DNA of 63,681 nucleotides, filler included, from Squatina squatina (Eukaryota), in assembly GCA_031763465.1 (NCBI GenBank). It is 3 parts of 3 records of this genome, joined end to end, with 100 filler letters (N's around TTAATTAATTAA, not from the genome) between each part and the next. Parts side by side here need not be neighbours in the genome. Positions count along the whole stretch, not along the records: positions 1 to 27,407 come from JARFOE010000001.1; 2 more parts are not named here. One strand, 5' to 3'. The notes below the pieces were generated by a model. The model did no database searches and was not told the origin of the DNA. It worked only from the letters and a program-made list of their open reading frames with translations. The number at the start of each line of letters is the position of its first letter. Position 1 is the first letter of the stretch. Position numbers and translations under genes: made by a program. This document shows positions 12,335 through 22,594 of this stretch, piece by piece.

Positions 12335-14689
12335 NNNNNNNNNNNNNNNNNNNNNNNNNNNNNNNNNNNNNNNNNNNNNNNNNNNNNNNNNNNNNNNNNN
12401 NNNNNNNNNNNNNNNNNNNNNNNNNNNNNNNNNNGTGCAAACTAAGTGCAACTTTCAACAACAAGTTCTAATCCTCTCGTAGCATTTTAAAGACAGAAAG
12501 GTTGATCCTGCAAGGCCTTGCTCCTGGCGTGGAGATTCTGTGTACGAGAGCACAGATTGATGAATCTATGGTGGAGATGAGTTCAGCCAATTTTTGGTGC
12601 TTCTGATTTTCTGTAAATTGGGACTTGCATCAGATTCTCTGATCCGTAATCCTGTGGAGTGCGAGAGACTCTGCCAGAAATGGAGCCTTGCAAAGTCACT
12701 CCTAAATTCCCTTTCAGAAGGAGGAAAAAATACAATCCGTAAATGTGAAACCCTATTAAAAATAGGATCAGACCACTGACCATGTTAAACCGCCAAACCA
12801 CACAAAAGAGCAAATGCAGCAGCACCAAAGTGCTTTTGCAGAGGCTCCAGCAATAGCAAGTAGTTCCCTGGAGCAGTGGATCATTTCCTGGAGCAACAGA
12901 GCAATTCAAGTCCAGGAGCGAACCTTCTTGTGGTTTTCTTGCTGTTCTTTGTTAAAATCCGTGCCCAGCCACATGACTAGCGCCATGTGGTATTCTGCAA
13001 CGAGAAGAGAAACCGTTCTCTCCAGGACAGAGACCACTTTCAGCCATTTTATTTACTACACTTTTTAAAGGTTGGGGAACATTATGCAGGAACAGTTTTT
13101 CCACAGGGCGAAGGAGCGCAGCTTTGCAGATCTGTAAATTTAAAAAAATCTGGCTGATCCTGCAGTCGTGGAATCAAGGACTTGAGCAAGTCCAAATAGA
13201 TTAAATGTCCAAAAATGTACACTTGATCAGATTGGCATTCAGGTTTTTATAGTTAGATTTTCGACAGCTGATAAGGCGCGATGGCACTTGTGTTATCAAT
13301 AGGCTTGGATTAATGTGACTGACATGTTATGGGAAAAAAGTGCACTTTAGCTCAATGCGCTGTGCTGCTCTGCTCTTTCACTTTACGCTCTTCACTGCCA
13401 CAGCTGTACTTGTCCTTGTGATCTACAGCTCAAAATATTCTTTGTGCATACCAGTCAAAATGTATATTGCATCTAATGTGCATTTTGCCTGCTGTATGTA
13501 CTAATTTGTCGTACTTGTATCAGATTGGATGAAATTTTGTATTCATAAAAATGCAACGAATCACAATTGAGCAGGTAGGGGGAGTATACTGTACAAACCA
13601 AAAGCAGGAGTGAAAACTACCAGTCATGAAGTTCAGAAAACTAAAACCAAAAATGGGCAGCCAGTAAGTGTTAGCGTTGAAAAAAACAAATTAAATGTAT
13701 CAAAATATATTTTGAAAATCCTTTCTACTGCCATCTTGGTCCTCCATTAAGTTGAACAGTTACAACTGTAAATAACATAACAAAAACATTTTAAGTTGTT
13801 TTAAATGTAGTAGAAAATGGTTACAGTTACATGCGCAATAGTAATTTCTCTGTTTGCAGTGCCTGTAATAATTTTTTCCACCATTGACCTATGCGAGTCT
13901 TAGGTTCATGTCGGTTTCCAGACGCGTAACTGCTCGTTAAAGAGATTGAAGCCAGAATGTAGCTGTGCACCGAGCTTCCTGATATTTCTCATGATTGACA
14001 ATAAGACTGGTGATTCAGAGGGTTACAGGACTTTCTTTTCGTAAGCTGCCCCATCCCCAGTTAAACCATTTTTTGAAATAATCAGAATTTTTTTAATGTT
14101 GATAAAACAACAGATCAGTATAAAGCNNNNNNNNNNCCCAACATTTTTGTGGCAACGCTGAAAGCAAAAACATATATGCTATATACTAGCTGATGTCCCC
14201 CAGCTACACTCAGCAAGTAGAGTCAGAAAGCTGAACAGACAGAGCTAAGGAGAAAACCAGCAAATGGGAAAGGGTGCAAAGCAGATCTCCATATTTTGTA
14301 GTATAATCTAAATGATTATAGCAGAAAAAATATATTTTATTTATCTTTATATAAATAATGGGATAGAACTTCCGTGGGGTGTATGCCCAATCTTCCACAG
14401 TAACTTTGACAGAAGATCGACAGAAACACAAGATAAATGGCGTAAACATTCACTTATGCTATTTCTGTGGGGTTTTCTGTCGAAGTTATGGCGGGGCATT
14501 GAGAGAATCGCCAGGGAATTACTGTACAGTGAGTTGGAGATGTGTGGAATTTTTTTTCCCTCTGAAATTTGAACTGTTGTGAGCATGCACCCAACATATG
14601 ATCCTCATGTGTGCCATCTCCATGAGAAATGACGTGAAAAAACGTCAAGTACATTGTATATAATAAATTAGACACAGACTGATCATTTT

Positions 14690-16877
14690 TTTTGTATCAA
14701 AACTTTATTTATCAAACAAAAATGCACCATTGAAATAACATTTCTATAAAAAAACGAACATCTGACTGTTCTACAGTGTATTACAAAAGCCTTTTTTGTG
14801 TACAAGTTTTATGTAGAAACAGNNNCATTCTATGTTTCTCCTTTTAACCATTTGCAAGTCAGATGTACACTTAATATTGCAGCTGCTAATCTAATTTGGT
14901 TAACATTGCCTATATTTCAACATGTGGCGGTCGGGTCACTCACAAAGAATCTTTCTCATGTGAATGAAGTTCCAGCACATTAAACCTTCACTGTAGTCAC
15001 AAAAGCGCCCATTCCAGACTCATCAGTACATTGACACTTCCTTCATAAATTATTGAAAAAGGACAGCCTAATAAATTAAATATTAATTATAAAAAGGTAC
15101 AGTTCCCACCCTCCCCCCAATCCCCTAGTTAGCAACTCACAAAGAAAGGAGTTGCTAAATATTGTACAATAAAAATGGTGGTGTTCTTTCCGCAATCACA
15201 TATATTCAGTTTGCCCTAATTTACAGTATATAGTAACAGGTTCATGCCAGTTTAAACAAGTATACATTTTTTCAATGTGTGTGGAAAATAATCATCACCA
15301 AGGCGGCTGCTATGAGACGTGGTTGTTTTGTGGCTGAAAACCAACCGACAGTTCTACAAGGAAACTGAATCGACAATGAAACAGCTCGAAACAGAAAAGA
15401 GTGAAGTAGGCAAAATGGAGAGGGTCTTCTGCAAACATTACTTTCACTTTAACTTGGAACTGCAATACGTTGTAGCTATTGAAGAGGATACCGTACAAGA
15501 AACAATGTTCTCAATTTTCTGTTCGTGAAGGGGAAAGAGTCACATGACCAGCTGTATTTGTTTTTAACACAAGCTAAAGAACAGCAGCAGCCTATTGTCT
15601 CACTATTATTCAATTTACTGTATGGGTATTGTTTGAATCAAGCTTAAATTGGGGGTGTTACGCAAAGATGGTTTGCCAAACAAAAACTCCACCAGTTCAA
15701 ATCAAGGATCATTCTGAACGGCAAAAGACTGCATCGTACGATAAATTGCATGCCAATTGCGTGTTTTTGGAACAGTCTCAACAAAGTACAATNNNNNNNN
15801 NNNNNNNNNNNNNNNNNNNNNNNNNNNNNNNNNNNNNNNNNNNNNNNNNNNNNNNNNNNNNNNNNNNNNNNNNNNNNNNNNNNNNNNNNNNNTTCCTCTC
15901 TTATCAAATGGACAAAAGAAAAACAATTGGTTTCTTCAACGGTCAATGAACACCCTGTGTTAAATACCCATTATGGTTTCATTTTAAACAGAGTCACTAA
16001 GTTATTCTGGGATGGGCACATACCAAAGCTGAGCAGAAGTTTTGATTCTCTATAGCCTGGAGTGTGCTTTTAATGATACTGCCTGAGGCTTGCACCCTGA
16101 TCACTGAATGGCTTCTTTAAATGTAAGCTGACTTACCACCGTGAATTATTTAGTATATTACCTCATGCTGATGCCCCACTGACACAGCCTACATTTTTTT
16201 TTAAATGATCAATATTTATTTGCCGGTATCAAATGGGGTCTGTTTTTTTCCCTATTGTGCGTGCCCAATGATCCAGTGTCTCGTGAGACTCTGCCTAAAA
16301 TCCACAGCTTCTTCCCCCCGCAAACTGAATTGGGTCACTGATGGAGTGTGTTCACAGACTCTATTCTACATGTATTTTATTGTCTGAGTTGTGGAAGAAG
16401 CATTTTCCCAAAATGCATGGGATCACTGATGGAGCAAGCTCACCGACTCCATTTTACTGCTATTGTAATTTTTCCCCCTTCTCCTGTTCCAAGTTGGTAA
16501 CTTCCCTGGGTGAGCTGTCTAGATCAGCTGCAAGTAAAATACTGAACCAGCTATTAATGACATTNNNNNNNNNNNNNNNNNNNNNNNNNNNNNNNNNNNN
16601 NNNNNNNNNNNNNNNNNNNNNNNNNNNNNNNNNNNNNNNNNNNNNNNNNNNNNNNNNNNNNNNNATGACATTCCAGTGCATTACTCTAAGACAGTGTGTA
16701 TATACAGATGAGCAATGGAACAGTTGTCAACATGAACAATGTCCTTTTGAGGAATTTCCTTGTTTGAACTGAAAGTTGCTGAAGAGAGGGCACACTGCGT
16801 GTCCCAACGTCAGTACATAAATACTGGCATGCTGCCTGGCTCCTGGTTGATTTGTCTCTAGCAGGTGGTGGTGACGG
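14690..16877 (-). other. DCC: Probable DCC 3' UTR (may extend further)
   Basis: Directly follows the TAA stop, has no recognisable interspersed repeats, is U-rich on the minus strand and ends shortly after an AATAAA. Confidence 0.6.
14704..14709 (-). promoter_or_regulatory. Candidate polyadenylation signal AATAAA for DCC
   Basis: Minus strand reads tttgat-aAATAAA-gttttgatac, with U-rich/UGUA sequence upstream and GU-containing sequence (tcagtctgtgtc) downstream. Confidence 0.5.
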
Positions 16878-17066
<189 letters not shown>

Positions 17067-17732
17067 CTAAACACAGTTTACTATACCTTATGACCGACTT
17101 ATCACCTTCAGAGTGTAACTCAGTTCCAAATTCAAATTATTGTGCAATGCAAGATGAAAATACAATGTCTACTATTAACCAATTTTGCCCTTTTTAAAAT
17201 TCATTTTCAGATACTTGTGATACTGTTTTATATAAAATGTCAAATATATGGAGGGCTGAACAATGGCAAGTTGACATGGTGACGTCAATAACAGGAAGAA
17301 GCCCACTGAATGGAGACCGTGACTTCGGACCTTCCTGAGAGCTAATCCAGAGCCAAACCCAGGTAAGCTCGCCACTGGGCAGGTTCAGTGCATGCAAAAT
17401 ACTCAGATTTGAAATGAGACGGTTTTAAAATGTGATTGAACAGAAATAACCGCTCGATTTGCAATCTTGTTTGTCAAACATGTTGCTGCCCTCAGTTACC
17501 ACATGCTCTGTTCCTACTTGCCTGTCGTTGCTGAATTTGTCTCTATAATAGTCTATGATTAAAACAACGGCAGACAAATTTCATCCTGCTAAAAGTATAC
17601 TGACTTCATCGGGATCAACAGCAATCTTACTGAAGGGAATATACTGCCAACATGTGATTCAACAATGCCATCAATAATCCTCCAGAAACAGCTCTTTTGT
17701 TTTTAAAATGTAACTAATTCTATTGACCTTAC

Positions 17733-17872
17733 ATTAGAATGGTCCTCTGTCCTGTGGCTCTCGTCTGTGACCTCTGGGGCTGTTGGGACAGAAACAGGAA
17801 GCAGCGGAGACCTCGCTTTTCCAGCCAGTCACAGTGAGGCCGTCTTACCATGACTCAGCGCAAGATTAGAAC
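17733..17872 (-). CDS. DCC: DCC penultimate coding exon (~28); contains an in-frame TGA at 17829-17831
   Basis: Acceptor ttttgatcacag|GT and donor AAT|GTAAGG; 140 nt. Translates [45 protein letters not shown], versus [26 protein letters not shown] in mammalian DCC. Confidence 0.93.
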
Positions 17873-19182
17873 CTGTGATCAAAACCCACAAAGTGTTAGA
17901 TGACGTACAACATCCCGTTTGCCAGTTTTAGTCAATACNNNNNNNNNNNNNNNNNNNNNNNNNNNNNNNNNNNNNNNNNNNNNNNNNNNNNNNNNNNNNN
18001 NNNNNNNNNNNNNNNNNNNNNNNNNNNNNNNNNNNNNNCTGCAGAATTTAGCCCTTAATAATGGACGGGCAATCCTGTGAAGCGCACTGACCTCTGGACC
18101 TGAACTCTTTATAAACGCTCTCGGGAGTGAAGGTCTGTACCAGCAGCTCAAATTCAATAAAGTATACCCTTACATTTCATTGATATTGCAAAGGATCTGA
18201 AAAGGTATGATTAAATCAGTCAACTGAATCAGAAATGTTAGGTGTGTGTTTTTATATCACACATGTAAAAGCGATTTCAACATATTTTCTTATCCTCTCT
18301 GCTTTTGACATTTCAGATGCTGAGCTGCAGGGAGGGGGGTGGGGATTCTCAAGGATACACAACTTTCTGACAAGGAAGGTGAACACGGATCAATTGGCTG
18401 CTTGTCTGCTTGAGCCTCAGTTGAGACTATTTGGACCATCTTGCAGTTTGTGAGGCGGAAAAAATCAAACTCAATTCCGCAACACTGTGAAGTGCTTTTT
18501 AGTCCTGTCATGCTTCCTGACATATTGATCGATGAAAGATTGAAAAGGTTGCTACTGAGTACAGGATTTACAGAAATGCGCTATGAAATTGGAAGAACAG
18601 CGCATGTTGATAAAAAGGGTATGCACAGTGAAACCTCCTATATTAGGGGTTGCTTTCCCAAATGTACCAAGCTGCCAGCCTAAGATAAATGACTGCTTGA
18701 TCTAAGTTCACTTGAAGTGCACCAAATCATTACCTGTGTTGATTAGATACACTTAATTTCAGCAGATTTTATCCCCTTTCTGTTATCTTGTTATCTATTT
18801 GTTGCTTGCCTCGGAAATAGACTAATTAAATAGGCTAAGATAATGTGGAGCATTCTCTCCAAGCAGATTGTTTAGTTATTTCAAGAGCACAACTTTAATA
18901 CTTTCATTAATTTATAGTCTAGCCAGTCTGCTAGTGAGTTTGGGTTGAGAATTTTACTGGCTCAACAAAGTGGAAAGTTTGTTGGAGTAAGAAGTGTATA
19001 ATAACATTAGTTCAATTATGAAGTGTAGGGTTGTATTCTGTAAAGTCTGTTAGCAGACTCTGTATTAGGTGTATTAAGTGCCNNNNNNNNNNNNNNNNNN
19101 NNNNNNNNNNNNNNNNNNNNNNNNNNNNNNNNNNNNNNNNNNNNNNNNNNNNNNNNNNNNNNNNNNNNNNNNNNNNNNNNNN

Positions 19183-19787
19183 TCAGCACAACGTGGCAAT
19201 GCTAAACAAGCGTTGCCACTGCGCTGACCTTGCGAATGCCGCATCACTACCAGTTGCGACGACAGTGTGGCTCACGCCCCCTGCCTTAAAGGGAAGTGCG
19301 GCAGGCTTGCAAGGGGAAGCGGGATTCAGGGCCACTGGACCACCAGGGACCTGGGTCCCGGCATGCCAGAGACCGTGCCGGCACAGGGGGGACACCAGGA
19401 AAGAAGGGCGATCGGCCGCCAGACATTGGCCGACAATGAAGTCAGCCGATGTGAAAAGATGGCGGGTGCCAGTGCAGGACCCGCGCCTTTAACACGCCTT
19501 GCCAACAACAGCTAAAACCTGTTGTTGCCAACGTCAGCGATTTCGTGGGTGAGCCGGCCTCCAGTTCTGGAGGTGGCTCACCAGCAGCGCTCAGGCAGGT
19601 CACGGGCCAGTGTAAAGGGATCAGTGTGCGATCTGATGATGTCACACGTCCGACCCTGGTGTTAACGGCATCCCCGGCAACGAGGCCTGAGCGCCGCCGG
19701 GGAAATTGTCAATTTTTTTTTCTATGCCGCTTTCACGCCCGGGGAGCGCCACTGATCACCGCTACCCAGGGTACACAAATCGGGCCC
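19183..19787. mobile_element. GC/CpG-rich non-autonomous DNA transposon fragment
   Basis: Sharp GC/CpG-rich block in an AT-rich intron. Shares motifs (cttaaagggaag, gatgatgtcac) with the 32516 element in opposite orientation and ends aaatcgggcccc. Confidence 0.55.
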
Positions 19788-19917
19788 CTAAAATTCATGG
19801 AGAAATATTTTCACCAGATCATACATTTTTAGCATATTCTGTTATGTAGGATGATACCTTGCTATTACTAAATGCAATAAAAACTCGATAAACATTCAAC
19901 TAATAATGGATTCTTAC

Positions 19918-20067
19918 CTGATCCAAATCCTCGATCGACTGTCAGTGTGGGGAACGGCATGGTACGCAATGGAAACTGCGGGTGAGGATATCCACATGTT
20001 GGAGATGGCAGGATGCCGGGATATTGGGCACTCTCTAGTGTTGGAACAGGAATCGCACTTACAACAG
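19918..20067 (-). CDS. DCC: DCC exon (~26): cytoplasmic region with caspase-site motif LTVD
   Basis: Acceptor ttctgttcacag|CT and donor CAG|GTAAGA; 150 nt, phase 1-1. Translates [49 protein letters not shown]. Confidence 0.96.
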
Positions 20068-21447
20068 CTGTGAACAGAAAATAAAAAATCTTACATCATT
20101 GCTCAGTCACATTGTCCACAAACTAAAAAAGTTTGCTGAAGGCAAAGCACTCAAAATATTGCAAAAAAAGTCACATTTAAAAAATAGCTCAAACATTTAA
20201 TGTGGTTTTGGTTTTATAATTATGCTACGTTTATTCAATTAGGTTACATTTTAAATTGAATCATATTTCATGTTAATTCTGATTAGCAAAAGGACACTTT
20301 CAGATTTTGCTGGAGGACACTCAAGGGAGATTGTCTCCTGATAAATGAATTCTCCAAGACACTTTGAAGATTGGAAGACAAGGGCAACAACTTTCCTGAT
20401 TAGGGGATGGTGTCATCACTTGTACCGATCACATCTGCCTTGACATATTTGAAATTTAAAGCTTTTAATCTTTTTATTCACCGTGTATGGGAGCAAGGTT
20501 GACATTCCAGTGGACATCAGTTAAAATTAGCAAGTTAGAGGTAAGAAGGAAAGTTCGACCCGAAGAGTAATAGAGTTGTGGAATAGATTACTGGGGAAAG
20601 CCAATGAAATAATTGGGGTAGGGCACCTGCTTTGGGTGCAATTGGCAATCTGGGTGCAAATTGCACACAAAATGCTGCTAATTTTCCAAACTGATCTCAT
20701 GGCTCAAGTTTCCGCCGAAACTTATTTGTATAATCACAATCGGGGCGATAACTCTCCGGAGCCAGGACANNNNNNNNNNNNNNNNNNNNNNNNNNNNNNN
20801 NNNNNNNNNNNNNNNNNNNNNNNNNNNNNNNNNNNNNNNNNNNNNNNNNNNNNNNNNNNNNNNNNNNNNAAAGAGAGTTCATTCCAAACATTTTGATTCT
20901 CCATAAAGCTGAAAAAGTGTATTCCAAATCCCAAAGGCTCCAACTGCTAAGATTGGAAATTGAACAGCTGTGAAACGGCAGCTTTTATGCCACTTTTTGC
21001 AGCTGTCAACTATTCACAGCAATGGAGTCATTGAGATTCCAACATTCCAACTTACCTGACGTGAGCTCCAAACACCGGGAACCTAGTAAAAAAGCTGTAA
21101 AAATGGTAAATACCTGGTAAAATGCTTTTTAAATACCTTTAAATAAGCTGCTGGTGATTTCAATTGGCTCCCCACCGCCTGGTGTCAGGTCTGTGAAGCG
21201 CAGGGAGACAGGCACTTGGCAAACTGGCGTGGAGGCGGGCTGAAATCACACTTTCGCCCCGCTGTCAATCACTGTCATTTTGACAGCTGACCCGCCTCCA
21301 AACTCGCACTCGCAGCACCAGTAAAATTCTGGCCTGATATTGTACATTTGTAAAATTAGCCCGATAGTAATCTGTGCACAGATTGTAGACTTTGTAGGGA
21401 TTTGGTTCTTGTATTATACATGAACCTTTAAATATACTTGGGCTTAC

Positions 21448-21677
21448 CTGAATGTGAGCCACTTTTGCTGGTTAATTGGTTCTCTGAGTGGCTGTGGCTG
21501 ACAGGGGTTATATCCTGGCAGCTTTGTTGCATGGGTGAATCTCGTACAGTTGGATCTGTGCCTGAGGGCTTTTCAATATTTTTCATCTCCATTTCTTCAT
21601 GATGTATCCAGAGATCTGGTGGCCTCAAGTCTTTTTGGCTGCCCTTTCGTTTGCCACCACTGTGTGCTGCACGTTTT
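21448..21677 (-). CDS. DCC: DCC exon (~24): cytoplasmic P1 motif
   Basis: Acceptor ccccatcacag|A and donor CAG|GTAAGC; 230 nt, phase-compatible with the previous exon. Translates [76 protein letters not shown]. Confidence 0.97.
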
Positions 21678-21841
21678 CTGTGATGGGGAGATCATAAATG
21701 AAAGAATAATATATGCCAGGAAAAATGCAATAATCTTACTTTTCTACCATTTATCTCAGAGTTTCAAACCAATTATGGAAGAGATTAATGAGGCCAAATG
21801 TTTCTGTATGTACATAAGGGAAAATTTCATGACAAATATAC

Positions 21842-22553
21842 TGGCCCTGAAATTGCGATCGGAGGCTTCCTGCATGTGGACACCTCCAATCACAAAAATA
21901 TCTATGAACTTACCTGACAGTCCTGGATCCAGGTGAGCTTGCAACTTTCTGCCCCCACAGCTGGGCTGACGGATCCCAGCTCCCAGGGAAGTCCAGTAGA
22001 GATATGGGAGAGGTCACAGGGGAGGCCCCAACCAATCAGGTAGGAGCATCTCTCATTCAAGCTTTGACAGTTCTGATAGATCTGTCAAAGCTTGAATGAG
22101 AGATGAAAAAGTACACAAACACATCCAAAAACATTTTTAAAATGATTGTAACATTAACATTTAATAACAAGGAGATAAATAAGTCAATTTTTTTTTTAAA
22201 TTTGAAAAAAATCTTTTAAAATGTTTAAAAACATACTTACCTTAATGGGAATGCTTTTAAAGTAATGTACAATTCATTTTATTGATTTGAAAATTTTTTA
22301 AAACTCTTCCGCTGGTAAAACTAAGCGTAAAAAGGATAAAGAGATTTCCAGTGCAAGTGTGGAGAAAATCTCGCAAAGCTGCACTATGGAAATCTCTTTT
22401 CCTGCCTAAGCATTTGATCTGTCAAGAAAAATCTGCAAGTGCCGGATATGTGGGCATGTGCAGAGCAGCCCCAGATTCGGCATTTGCGAAGTTCCCCGCT
22501 CCCCCGGGTGCATGGGAAAATTGTACTCACCCGGGGAGATCACAGTTTCAGTC
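21842..22553. mobile_element. MITE-like element with TIRs and multiple internal hairpins
   Basis: Left end tggccctgaaattgcgatc and degenerate right end gatcacagtttcagtca. The paralog at 47485-47820 ends gatcgcaatttcagggtca, a near-perfect complement of the left end. Confidence 0.7.
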
Positions 22554-22594
22554 ACATTATATATTGTTTTGAGAAAATATTAGATTTTTATTTA

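Noticed and set aside
17829-17831. Selenocysteine reading of the DCC TGA
   Set aside because: The orthologous residue is Gly, not Cys, in a low-complexity cytoplasmic region, and I could not identify a SECIS element in the UTR by eye.
19183-19787. CpG island or internal promoter
   Set aside because: Better explained as a multi-copy GC-rich transposon related to 32516-33269.
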